From: Candidatus Uhrbacteria bacterium RIFOXYB12_FULL_58_10
GTDB lineage: Bacteria > Patescibacteriota > Patescibacteriia > UBA9934 > GWF2-40-263
Assembly: GCA_943354165.1 (NCBI GenBank)
Contig: CALRBH010000005.1
Coordinates: forward strand, 18 to 64,017
DNA length: 64,000 nucleotides
Reading direction: 5' to 3'
The translations under genes were made by a program, and so were the position numbers. Below the pieces are notes generated by a model. It saw only the letters and a list, made by a program, of their open reading frames with translations, searched no databases and was not told the DNA's origin. Of this stretch, positions 55,483 through 64,000 are shown in pieces; position 1 is the first letter of the stretch; each line of letters begins with the position of its first letter.

Positions 55483-58188
55483 ATGGAGGAGAACGGCCGC
55501 AACAATCCACGCATTATTGCTCGGGTAAACGAAACCGCGAGCGACTCGGCGCTTGAGAGGCTTTTGCGTACGCGCCGTTCGAGTCTCACCGCGGACAACT
55601 CGCTTCCAGGCGAGGTGCGGGCGCGCAGTCTGTTCCAGCCGGAGGAACAGGGACTTTTTCTTAAACGCACTTCACACAATCCCCTTTCCCCGCACATTCT
55701 CTCCCTGCGCGCGCCCGCCCAGGAGCCAGAGGCCTCGTTTGATGGCGTGAACATGCTGGATGGCGAAGTGGTAGAAATTGTAGAAGGCGTAGAAAATGGG
55801 CTTGGTTTGGATCGCGACGACCTTGCCGGACAGCTGCTTGAAGAAACCCTGCCGCTCATCGACACTTCAAAGACTTCTTTGCAATACGTAGAAATTGCCC
55901 TGCCGGATCTTGCTGGTTTCCGCCGCGAAGCCGAGCTCCTTGGACTGAATGCCTTGGAGGTTGCGCCGGATGGCGCAGACCTCTCCGTACTGGCGCCGGT
56001 TTCCATGCCAGAGCGGCTCGCAAACATGTTCGAACTCCCCGATGCCGATGAATCGGAGGGTGAGGAAGAAGACGTTCTCATCGAATTCGCCGGACACGAC
56101 GAAGGTGTCGTGACAATCGAAGAGGTTGGGGAAGTTTGGGATGTTCGGGAAGTTGAGGAGGAAATAAACCTTCCGAACCTACCAAACCTCCCCAACATCC
56201 CAAACCTTTCGTTTTGGCGCTTGCCGCAGCTCCGCACGCTCGGAGCGTTCGTTCTGCTTTCCTTCGCCATCGTTCTGCCGATTCATGCAATGAATGTGGC
56301 GGGAATTTGGGGGAATGCCAAAGACGCTGTGACGAAGCAAGGAGAAACCGGGGCGACGTTGCTTTCTTCCGGAGCCTCTTCCGCGCTTTCGCGTGATGCG
56401 TCTGAGGCGGCGCGTGCGTTTGGCAGCGCGCAGACGAGCTTTGCGCAGGCCCAGTCGTCCGTGTCGAATCTTGGCGTCGCGGCGAACGCGATCATTTCGG
56501 CATTGCCATCAGGATCGAAGGTGGCCTCTGCGAACGCCGTGCTTACGGCCGGTGAAGCTCTCTCGATTGCTGGCGGTCGCATCTCTGAAGGCATCGCTTC
56601 GCTTGGGAACGATCCGCTCGCGAGCCCAACGGACCGCATCGCGCTCTTGCAGGCGTACCTTGAAGGCGCGCTTCCTCACCTTGAGCGTGCGGAGGCAGCC
56701 ATCGCAAAGGTGGATGTACAAACCCTCCCACCAGAAAGCCAATCACGTTTCACCATCCTTCAACAATCCATTCCAAGCGTCGTCTCCGGGATCCGCGAGC
56801 TCATCGAAGTGACCGATGCGGCCTATGCCGTGCTTGGCGGAACCGGGACCAAGCGCTACCTCGCCATCTTCCAGAACAATACGGAAATTCGCCCAACAGG
56901 TGGGTTCATGGGGAGCTTCGCCGAGATGGATATTCGCAAAGGCGAGATCGCCAAGCTCACCATTCCGGGCGGCGGAACGTACGATCTGCGCGCGGGCGTC
57001 ATGAAGCCGTTCATTTCTCCGAAACCACTCAGACTCCTCTCCGCCGCATGGGAATTCCAGGACGCGAACTGGTTCCCAGACTTCCCTACGAGCGCGCGCC
57101 AGATCATGCAGTTCTATGAACATGCCGGACAACCAACGGTAGATGGGGTGATCGCCGTGAACGCCACGTTCGTCGCCTCCCTCCTCGATCTCCTTGGCTC
57201 CATAGAGATGCCGGAATACGGACGCACCATCGACAGCAAGAATTTCCTCCTCGAGACGCAGAAAATCGTAGAGAATGAATACGATCGCGACGAGAACAAG
57301 CCGAAGGCGTTCATCGGCGACCTCGCACCGAAACTTCTTGAGAAGGCTAAGGCGCTTCCGCCAGAAGGATTCCTCGCCTTCCTCGACACCTTGCAGCAAG
57401 GACTCTCTTCCCGCGACATCCAGATCTACTTCGATGATCAGGAGCTCCAGAAACAGGTGATTGAACGCGGATGGGGCGGCGAGCTCAAGTGGAGCGACGG
57501 CGATTACTTCATGGCCGTGGACACCAACCTCGGCGGCGGGAAAACAGACGGCGTCATCCAGCAGAAGATCGACATAAAGGTGAACATTGAGGCCGATGGA
57601 ACCGTTACGGACTCCGTCACGGTCACCCGCACGCACTTTGGCCAGCCAGGAAGCGACTTCTCCGGAGTGAACAACGTCGATTACCTGCGCTTATACGTTC
57701 CCAAAGGCAGTGAGCTTCTCTCAGCCGACGGGTTCTCCATTCCAGACGCCTCCCTCTTCGACGCTCCGATGACGGATTGGCTCATCGACGATGACTTGAT
57801 CTACGGATTGGACGGTGCAAAGACGGATGCGAAGAGCGGAACGGACATCTTCGAGGAATCCGGGAAGACCGTATTCGGCAACTGGATCCAAACGAAACCA
57901 GGCGCCACATCCACCGCACATTTCACCTATCGACTGCCGTTCAAGGTGGAGGTCGGGAAGGCGGATCCTACGCTCATCGACCGGCTGAAGACTTCCCTAG
58001 GGGTCCCAAACACCGGCCGCTACACACTCACCCTCCAGAAGCAGTCCGGGATCCTCGATCGCACCACGACCGTTCACCTTACCGCACCTGAAGCCTGGAA
58101 TCTCGCCTGGTCTTCGCATGAAACGGACGGCGTATCCTTCACCAACGCCATGGATTCATTCTTCGCTACCATCTTTGAACGCAACTAG
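55483..58188 (+). CDS. DUF4012 domain protein (membrane-anchored, cell-envelope glycan associated), carrying an in-frame W-family hairpin
   Basis: The 901-aa protein has an internal TM helix (LGAFVLLSFAIVLPI) and the DUF4012-like core (YLAIFQNNTEIRPTGGFMGSFA...DANWFPDFP). The region 56124..56211 encodes EVGEVWDVREVEEEINLPNLPNLPNIPNL. Confidence 0.7.
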   Translation: MEENGRNNPRIIARVNETASDSALERLLRTRRSSLTADNSLPGEVRARSLFQPEEQGLFLKRTSHNPLSPHILSLRAPAQEPEASFDGVNMLDGEVVEIVEGVENGLGLDRDDLAGQLLEETLPLIDTSKTSLQYVEIALPDLAGFRREAELLGLNALEVAPDGADLSVLAPVSMPERLANMFELPDADESEGEEEDVLIEFAGHDEGVVTIEEVGEVWDVREVEEEINLPNLPNLPNIPNLSFWRLPQLRTLGAFVLLSFAIVLPIHAMNVAGIWGNAKDAVTKQGETGATLLSSGASSALSRDASEAARAFGSAQTSFAQAQSSVSNLGVAANAIISALPSGSKVASANAVLTAGEALSIAGGRISEGIASLGNDPLASPTDRIALLQAYLEGALPHLERAEAAIAKVDVQTLPPESQSRFTILQQSIPSVVSGIRELIEVTDAAYAVLGGTGTKRYLAIFQNNTEIRPTGGFMGSFAEMDIRKGEIAKLTIPGGGTYDLRAGVMKPFISPKPLRLLSAAWEFQDANWFPDFPTSARQIMQFYEHAGQPTVDGVIAVNATFVASLLDLLGSIEMPEYGRTIDSKNFLLETQKIVENEYDRDENKPKAFIGDLAPKLLEKAKALPPEGFLAFLDTLQQGLSSRDIQIYFDDQELQKQVIERGWGGELKWSDGDYFMAVDTNLGGGKTDGVIQQKIDIKVNIEADGTVTDSVTVTRTHFGQPGSDFSGVNNVDYLRLYVPKGSELLSADGFSIPDASLFDAPMTDWLIDDDLIYGLDGAKTDAKSGTDIFEESGKTVFGNWIQTKPGATSTAHFTYRLPFKVEVGKADPTLIDRLKTSLGVPNTGRYTLTLQKQSGILDRTTTVHLTAPEAWNLAWSSHETDGVSFTNAMDSFFATIFERN
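56124..56211. repeat. Complete W-family hairpin (forward and reverse arms) embedded in-frame in the DUF4012 gene
   Basis: The forward arm ggttggggaagtttgggatgttcgggaagttgaggagg, then aaataaa, then the reverse arm ccttccgaacctaccaaacctccccaacatcccaaacctttcg. Both arms are translated. Confidence 0.8.
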
Positions 58189-58191
58189 CTT

Positions 58192-60048
58192 ATGTCGGAC
58201 GTCCCCTCCCCACAGTCGGAACCACTCACCCGCAAGGAAACTCTTGAGGAGGGATTGAATTCGATTTACAAGGATGCGGCAGGAGACATGCCGGACTTCA
58301 CAAAGCTCGAAAAGCGCGGGAGCAACAAGCTCACCGGGCTCCTCGTGAAAATTCTCTTGGTGCTGACGGTCGCCTCGGCGCTTGCCTGGGGAGGATTCTT
58401 CCTCGTGAACACGTTGGGGACGGATTCCAAGAGCTTGGAAACATCCATCGAAGGCCCAGCAACGCGTCGGGCGGGCGAGGAGGCTTTTTATACGATTCGT
58501 TATAGGAACACGGGCAATGTTCCCATCGCTGCACTCTCGCTCACCGTAAGCCTCCCCCCTGGATTCGAACTGAAAGAAACCCTCCCAGCCCCCACGAATG
58601 ACTTCACTTGGACGCTCGGGTCGCTGACGCCGAGTTCCGATGGGGCCGTCACGATCCGCGGGCGATTCCGGAGCGCCGTGCCGAGTACGGAAACCATCCA
58701 GGCACTGTTCAACTATCGTCCAGCCAATTTCAGCTCAGAGTTCCAGGACCTTTCGACGATTCCTGTGAGCATTAACGACTCTTCCGTAGAGCTTTCGGTG
58801 ACGGGGCCGGAAAAGGCGCTGCCAGGAGACGAGGTCACCTACACGATCGAAGTCCTGAACACGACACGTGAGATACAGAAAGGCCTGGTGGTGACAGCAA
58901 AACTGCCGGAGTCATTCACCTTCGCCGGATCTGAACCAAAACCGGAAGATCCTCTCCGTGCGGAGTGGAAGATGGCGGAACTTGCCGCGGGAGAAACGCG
59001 CTCCATCACGGTGCGCGGCCGTTACACCGGATCCTCGGAAGGCACGCAATCGTTTGGTGCGGACCTTTCCTTCCTCGATACGACAAACCGCCTGCCGCTT
59101 GCCACCAAGCAGGTGGCGACGGACTTACTGGGCGGAGACCTCACGTTTCATCTGGTCGTGAACGGAAGCGCGAGCGATGGGTACGCCACGCTCGGCCAGA
59201 ACCTCAAAGTTTCCATCGATTACGCCAACCGCGGGCGTGAGCTCATCTCTGGCGTTTCGCTCACCCTCGCCATCGCGGGCGTTGGAGGCAAAGCGGCTCC
59301 GATCGCCCTGGATAAGGTCACTGGGCTTCCAGAAGGCATGATCGCAGGCGGTACAATGGTCTTCGACGTAACTCACTTCCCTGACATCGATAGTCTGGAT
59401 CCGAATGAAAACGGAATCATCGATCTCAACATTCCCCTCCTCGGGGCGATTGACCCGGCAAAAATTGCGGATGAACTGACGCTGACCCTCACGGCCAAAC
59501 TCGAGAAGGTCGGTTCCGTAGCGAGCCCACGCTCGATCCCCCTCTCTCCCATCGACATCCGTCTTGGTTCCAATCTCGCCATCTCCGCGGAGGCCCGTTA
59601 CTTCGATGATGAGGGGATCCCGGTTGGCAGCGGTTCCCTGCCTCCAAAGGTTGGCGAGTCCACCAAGTACCGCATCTTCTGGAAGGCCGCCAACACGCTG
59701 CACCCGCTCACTGGGCTGCGCATGACCACCAACCTTCCTCCGAACGTTGCCTGGACCGGAGTGAGCGGCGGAGAAGGCACCATGAAATTTAATGACACAA
59801 CACGGATCGTCTCCTGGGAGATTCCCGCCTGGGCCGCAGATAAAACCGCCGCGAACGCCTACTTCGAAGTCGGGGTCGCGCCGAATGCGAGCGACGTGGG
59901 AACCTTCCTCAAGCTGACCAACGCGATTTCGGCGGAGGCCACGGACGGGAAGAACGGTGCTCACCTCTCGAGGGCGCTCGACATCCTCACGAGCGAGGCG
60001 CCGACGGACGCAGGAGTGAAAGGAAAAGGAGTCGTCATTGATCGCTAG
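58192..60048 (+). CDS. Membrane-anchored surface protein with DUF11 (conserved repeat domain) modules
   Basis: It has an N-terminal TM (LLVKILLVLTVASALAW) followed by DUF11-like motifs (YTIRYRNTGNVPIAALSLTVSLPPGFE, VTYTIEVLNTTRE). Confidence 0.65.
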   Translation: MSDVPSPQSEPLTRKETLEEGLNSIYKDAAGDMPDFTKLEKRGSNKLTGLLVKILLVLTVASALAWGGFFLVNTLGTDSKSLETSIEGPATRRAGEEAFYTIRYRNTGNVPIAALSLTVSLPPGFELKETLPAPTNDFTWTLGSLTPSSDGAVTIRGRFRSAVPSTETIQALFNYRPANFSSEFQDLSTIPVSINDSSVELSVTGPEKALPGDEVTYTIEVLNTTREIQKGLVVTAKLPESFTFAGSEPKPEDPLRAEWKMAELAAGETRSITVRGRYTGSSEGTQSFGADLSFLDTTNRLPLATKQVATDLLGGDLTFHLVVNGSASDGYATLGQNLKVSIDYANRGRELISGVSLTLAIAGVGGKAAPIALDKVTGLPEGMIAGGTMVFDVTHFPDIDSLDPNENGIIDLNIPLLGAIDPAKIADELTLTLTAKLEKVGSVASPRSIPLSPIDIRLGSNLAISAEARYFDDEGIPVGSGSLPPKVGESTKYRIFWKAANTLHPLTGLRMTTNLPPNVAWTGVSGGEGTMKFNDTTRIVSWEIPAWAADKTAANAYFEVGVAPNASDVGTFLKLTNAISAEATDGKNGAHLSRALDILTSEAPTDAGVKGKGVVIDR

Positions 60049-60054
60049 AAGAAT

Positions 60055-60084
60055 AAAACGACTCCCTCTATGGGAGTCGTTTTA
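60055..60084. terminator. Bidirectional terminator hairpin
   Basis: aaaacgactccc-tcta-tgggagtcgtttt. Confidence 0.7.
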
Positions 60085-60161
60085 TGGTGCACCTGACTCG
60101 ATTCGAACGAGTGACCTCTTCCTTCGGAGGGAAGCGCTCTATCCAGCTGAGCTACAGGTGC
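60085..60161 (-). tRNA. tRNA-Arg (anticodon CCG), CCA encoded
   Basis: The reverse complement is GCACCTGTAGCTCAGCTGGATAGAGCGCTTCCCTCCGAAGGAAGAGGTCACTCGTTCGAATCGAGTCAGGTGCACCA. Confidence 0.9.
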
Positions 60162-60209
60162 AAGGCGGGGTGCGAAGTGAGGAGACGGTAGGTCGAAAAG
60201 GCCTTTTCG

Positions 60210-61139
60210 TCAACCAATCCTCCTTATCATTCTTCCTAGACGATAGACCTGATACCCGATCGACGAGACAGGAACGTCAAACGTTCCTGGAACGGATACT
60301 CGTGTCCCATCGAAGCCGAGTTTAAAGCGAGTGATGCCAGACCATGAATGATCTGCGGGCGCGTCTACCGGAGCGATCCCCCACCAGTCGTAGGCCTTGA
60401 GTCCTTTCGCCTTGGCATCTTTCATGAGGGCCCAGTGAAGGAAAAATGGAGCCATGACGTTCCTGTGGCGGTCGCCTGAGGCGCCATGCAGGTAGGTGCG
60501 CGTGCCTTCAAAGTCTATGGCAATGGCCGTGGCGATAGCTTCGCCGGCGAACATGGCCTCGGCGCAGATGACGGACGGGTTCGTCTTCAGGAGCTCATAA
60601 TAATAAGAGGCTGGATGCACGCGGAAGTCTCCGCGGTGCGCGGTGGTTTCGAAGAGGGGCCAAACGCGGTCGAAGGCGGCATGCATGGTGACTTCTACTC
60701 CTTTGCGCTCTGCCAAACGAACGTTGTAACGCGTCTTTTCGTGCATGGCGGCGAGGAGAGCTTCTTCGGCCTTCGTCAGGTCCGTGATGAGCGTGTCCGA
60801 TGGCTGGATCGGCGATGATTCTACCGCGTGAGCAACGTATTCGCACGGTTCAACGCGTAAAAAAACTGCACGCTGTGCCCGGGCGTACTCGATGAGCTCG
60901 AACATGGCGCGCTCCGCATCGCCGATGGGGCCTTTTGGACAATAGAGATACGACATCTTGAGCGGGAGCGGCATGGTAATGAGCTGGGCGGCCCAACCAA
61001 CGCCTGCAACGCGTTCGACCTTCCGACCGACGGACGATTGAAACTCTCCCCAGCCCCAGGAATGCAGAAATCCGCCGGATGCGGGGAGCATTGGCGCAAC
61101 GAGGGCGTTCCATTCGTGTTGATCAGTGACAATTCGCAC
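60210..61139 (-). CDS. FemAB-family aminoacyl-tRNA-dependent peptidyltransferase (peptidoglycan interpeptide bridge formation; FemX/MurM-like)
   Basis: The 309-aa protein carries the FemAB hallmark GGFLHSWGWGEFQ. Confidence 0.75.
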   Translation of the reverse strand: MRIVTDQHEWNALVAPMLPASGGFLHSWGWGEFQSSVGRKVERVAGVGWAAQLITMPLPLKMSYLYCPKGPIGDAERAMFELIEYARAQRAVFLRVEPCEYVAHAVESSPIQPSDTLITDLTKAEEALLAAMHEKTRYNVRLAERKGVEVTMHAAFDRVWPLFETTAHRGDFRVHPASYYYELLKTNPSVICAEAMFAGEAIATAIAIDFEGTRTYLHGASGDRHRNVMAPFFLHWALMKDAKAKGLKAYDWWGIAPVDAPADHSWSGITRFKLGFDGTRVSVPGTFDVPVSSIGYQVYRLGRMIRRIG

Positions 61140-61141
61140 AC

Positions 61142-61693
61142 TTATCGTGAAAGCGATTTAAGCGCGGCGCGGATACGGTCTTCGACGGAGCCTTTCGTGT
61201 CCTTCAGCGCGTCGTCGGCTTGTTTGCGGGTGTAGCCAAGGCCCATAAGCGCATCGATTTCCTCTCCGTTTTGTCCGCTACCTGTCGAAGCGTCGCCTTC
61301 CTCGGCGATGATTCCTGAAAGTTCAAGGATGATCTTCTGCGCGGTCTTCTTTCCGATCCCCGGAACCGCCGAAAGGAACGCGACGTCCCCTTTCATGATG
61401 TGTGACTTCACTACATCGACCGTTCCCGCGTTTGCGATCTTCTGCGCGCTCTTTGGCCCGACCCCGGAGACGGTCGTCAGCCTCCAGAACAGCTCCAGCG
61501 TGTTCATGTTTTCAAACCCAAAGAGTTCCCGGCCATCATCGCGTTGGACCTCGTGCGTATAGAGCATGACCTCGGACGGCAGCGCGCGGATGAGCATTTC
61601 CGGCATGGTGACTTTGTAGCCAACCCCGGCCACGTCCACAATCAAAAACCCATTTCCGCGAAAAGCCACTGTTCCCTTGAGCATGGCAATCAT
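61142..61693 (-). CDS. ruvA: Holliday junction branch migration complex subunit RuvA
   Basis: MIAMLKGTV..GVGYKV..LELFWRLTTVSGVGPKSAQKI...VPGIGKKTAQKII. Confidence 0.92.
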   Translation of the reverse strand: MIAMLKGTVAFRGNGFLIVDVAGVGYKVTMPEMLIRALPSEVMLYTHEVQRDDGRELFGFENMNTLELFWRLTTVSGVGPKSAQKIANAGTVDVVKSHIMKGDVAFLSAVPGIGKKTAQKIILELSGIIAEEGDASTGSGQNGEEIDALMGLGYTRKQADDALKDTKGSVEDRIRAALKSLSR

Positions 61694-62934
61694 AGGAATG
61701 AGGCCCGATAGAACTTCTGCGCGCGATCTTCGATTTCTTTCAGGACAGGCACGGGAAGTCGCGGCATTTTTCCATGGCCGACAATGGCATCATGAATGAT
61801 GCGCATCGTTTTTCCAAACGAGGGGCCTGGATCCATCTTGAGCAGCTCCATGAGCGCCATTCCATCAAGTCCGGCCTCGCGGAAGAGGCGGTTGCGCTCC
61901 TTGGTCTTCTCCACGCCCCGGATGGATGCTTTTTCCGCTCGTTTCCAGGGGGCGAAGTCGTGTTCTGCACGCAAAAAGTTCACGAGGACCGAGGCGTCAT
62001 GCCACCAGACGTGCCCATCATGGCGGACGGACGAAACTACGGCGTCGAGAAAGACGGCGCCTTGGAGAATGTCGATGAAATCATCCGGATCGTATCCGCG
62101 ATCATGAGACAGTCGGACAAGGGATTCGATCTTCCCGGGATCGGCGCCCATCGAGAAGCTTCCGATGGGTTCCAGGTGGCGTGCAATGACGTCTTCCACG
62201 ATAGCGGTGTCGCGCGAGGTGAGGCGACGTGCCCCGGCGACGCGATGCAGAAACGATTGGTAATGCGGCGAATGAATGGCGCGGTCATGCCCGAGGAAAT
62301 GTGCACGAATACCGTACGATTCGTAGAACATGAGTTCGAGCGCGCGGGCGGATAGGTTTTTGTGCTTAAGCGCGAACTTTTCGAAGAGATCGATGTACCG
62401 GGCGCGAAGTTTAGCCCGATCTGATGCACCGATATCCTCCCAACTGGAGGAAGCATCCATTTTGAACCCCAGCTTCTCCCCTTCGCTCCCCGGAAGCACG
62501 CTAAAACTCACCGTGGCCCACTTGGCGGTGTCATGACAAAGGACAAACACCTCAAACAGCGCCGCATACTCCTTAAGCGTGTCTTCGAGTTCCTGAATCT
62601 CACCTTCGTACCCCTTCAAGCGACGAAACTCTTCGATATCAAGGAGGTGAATGTCCCCTTCAATGAGGCCGTAAAGTACGGTGAGGGCGATACGCAGGTG
62701 ATCTTCCAGGAATGGGCCTTCGCAGTGGTACGGCGGGGTTTGCGGGGTCTTGAGGGACTCGGCAAACAGGGGTTCCTGGGAGGCCATCCCGCGCAAAGTA
62801 GCTTCCGCCCGGCCGGCCAGGGTCTTATTGCGAAAAACGGCCTCTAAAGCCGTGGTAAGCGGCTGAGATTCCGGTCGGTCATGGGCACGTTTCGCTCCCC
62901 ACATAATGAAAAGATTATACTCCTTTCCCGCCAT
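61690..62934 (-). CDS. HD-domain phosphohydrolase with a CCA-enzyme-like C-terminal tail (possible stand-alone HD partner of the head-only cca gene)
   Basis: It has HD motifs (VLCHDTAKW and FLGHDRAIH). The C-terminus MELLKMDPGPSFGKTMRIIHDAIVGHGKMP resembles the tRNA-NT body/tail motif also seen at the end of the cca product (GLAPGPAVRLLLDAM). Confidence 0.45.
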   Translation of the reverse strand: MAGKEYNLFIMWGAKRAHDRPESQPLTTALEAVFRNKTLAGRAEATLRGMASQEPLFAESLKTPQTPPYHCEGPFLEDHLRIALTVLYGLIEGDIHLLDIEEFRRLKGYEGEIQELEDTLKEYAALFEVFVLCHDTAKWATVSFSVLPGSEGEKLGFKMDASSSWEDIGASDRAKLRARYIDLFEKFALKHKNLSARALELMFYESYGIRAHFLGHDRAIHSPHYQSFLHRVAGARRLTSRDTAIVEDVIARHLEPIGSFSMGADPGKIESLVRLSHDRGYDPDDFIDILQGAVFLDAVVSSVRHDGHVWWHDASVLVNFLRAEHDFAPWKRAEKASIRGVEKTKERNRLFREAGLDGMALMELLKMDPGPSFGKTMRIIHDAIVGHGKMPRLPVPVLKEIEDRAQKFYRASFL

Positions 62935-62987
62935 CTTCTGAAATAAAATGGCGGCCCTGGGGTCGGGCCGCTTCAGACATCAGAACC

Positions 62988-63620
62988 TCAGCGTGGAAAC
63001 CGGCGTTCAATCTCTACGGCAAGCTGGGCCGCGATGTCGGCGCTCGACATGTCGTGACTGACAGAAATCACCACATCGGCATGTTTCTGCCAGATTGGAC
63101 GCATTTCGCGCACAGAAGGCAGCATGATTTTCTCATGATACTCATCCGTATACGAGCTTCCCTGTCGCATCCGGCGCCGCTCCAGAATGAGCGATTCTTC
63201 CGGGTCAATGAACACCTTCAGGTCCGCATACTGCCGCACCGGATCGTGAAATCCGAAGATGCTATCGAGCAGGATCCGTTTGCCGACCACCGCATCGGGC
63301 TCAAACTTCTCCACGCCGATCCGCGCATGCTGCTGGCGAGAATAGGCCGGAAGCTCCACGTAGCTCACTCCCTTTTTCAGGGCGCGCACAACGTATGAAA
63401 GACCCACCAGATCAAACGCGCGTGAATCCTCCCAGTTGTGCATCCCGTCCACCATCGGCACCGACTCAAGTCCGTGGTAGAACCCGTCCCCTCGCAATCG
63501 CTGCGCGCACCGCGTGTCCTGCAAGAGGTCAGCGGTTGTCGACTTCATGGACCCAGCGGACGGTCCCGTAACCACAATAATCTTTCTTTCCGAACTTTCC
63601 ATGGAAACCTCCGCGCGCAA
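62988..63620 (-). CDS. P-loop kinase-like protein (uridine kinase/PRK family-like, degenerate Walker A)
   Basis: IIVVTGPSAGSMKSTTADLL, with later segments similar to nucleoside kinases. The assignment is weak. Confidence 0.35.
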   Translation of the reverse strand: MRAEVSMESSERKIIVVTGPSAGSMKSTTADLLQDTRCAQRLRGDGFYHGLESVPMVDGMHNWEDSRAFDLVGLSYVVRALKKGVSYVELPAYSRQQHARIGVEKFEPDAVVGKRILLDSIFGFHDPVRQYADLKVFIDPEESLILERRRMRQGSSYTDEYHEKIMLPSVREMRPIWQKHADVVISVSHDMSSADIAAQLAVEIERRFPR

Positions 63621-63632
63621 CTATATCACACG

Positions 63633-63968
63633 CTATTTTTTTAGCACGGCGTAAACGGAGGCTCCCATCGCGGCGACCCCTGGGCGATGGAACACGACAC
63701 GCTCGTCTTTCTCAAGCGTGCGACGAACGGATTCGCGCAACGCGCCGGTTCCATTTCCGTGGACGATGTGGATGACTTCTGAACCACTCAAGTATTCAAC
63801 GTCAATAAATCGTTCGAGTACGGCGCGAGCTTCATTCAAATCAAGCCCGTGAAGATCGACTTCCGGAGCATTCCCCGCCATCTCGGCAACCGAAATCTTG
63901 CCCTCAGGCGAACTCTGCCCGTGGCTGATTGGGTCCCCGCTCACGGTAGGAACATTCTTGCGTTTCAT
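63633..63968 (-). CDS. Smr domain protein
   Basis: VDLHGLDLNEARAVLERFI....VIHIVHGNGTGALRESV matches the Smr/MutS2 C-terminal domain signature. Confidence 0.7.
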   Translation of the reverse strand: MKRKNVPTVSGDPISHGQSSPEGKISVAEMAGNAPEVDLHGLDLNEARAVLERFIDVEYLSGSEVIHIVHGNGTGALRESVRRTLEKDERVVFHRPGVAAMGASVYAVLKK

Positions 63969-64000
63969 AGGTTATTCGGCGAGAACGGCTTGAACATCCA

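Noticed and set aside
55410-57636. Minus-strand ORFs of 286 and 297 aa opposite the DUF4012 gene
   Set aside because: They are antisense with Ser/Arg-rich low-complexity translation.
59125-59964. A 279-aa minus ORF opposite the DUF11 surface protein gene
   Set aside because: It is antisense, with no homology.

Overview
This 64 kb window appears to come from a high-GC (roughly 55-60%) bacterium with a compact, mostly housekeeping gene set. The gene content and architecture fit a reduced-genome lineage such as CPR/Patescibacteria (Parcubacteria-like), but this is inference from the sequence only. Recognised genes include ksgA, tsaC, a GalE-like epimerase, prfB with its programmed +1 frameshift, groES/groEL, an O-antigen-ligase-like protein, yidC, nusA, a YraN-family protein, bactofilin, a GAF histidine kinase, speH, argS, tyrS, valS, cca, glycerate kinase, an RluA-family synthase, rplS, uvrA, DsbA, secG, an OppA-like binding protein, RNase J, trpS, an RNase P RNA, a WbaP-like sugar transferase, three GT4 glycosyltransferases, DUF4012 and DUF11 surface proteins, FemAB and ruvA. 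Six tRNAs are present: Val-TAC, Leu-GAG, Val-GAC, Ile-TAT (unusual), Leu-CAG and Arg-CCG. A >1,680-aa cysteine-rich secreted protein runs off the window start at position 1 and is missed by the ORF track.

The most unusual content is the density of short repeat families. These are TAGTAG stop-codon hairpins, GTAAGGG hairpins, a CCCCTCCTTCG hairpin, a GGTTGGGGAAGTTTGGGAGG family, a 70-bp palindrome, a CGACAAA hairpin and TTCTACA units. Several copies sit in-frame inside essential or conserved genes (valS, argS, nusA, the epimerase, the O-antigen ligase, GT4 and DUF4012 genes), in a way that resembles Rickettsia palindromic elements.

Two tRNA genes (Val-TAC and Ile-TAT) are preceded by related 85-95 bp elements. 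Each element carries the tRNA 5' 15 nt, a ~51-55-nt GC-rich hairpin inserted at the D-loop position, and the motif TGGTTA. The Val element is present as three perfect tandem copies. No CRISPR array or recognisable transposase is present.
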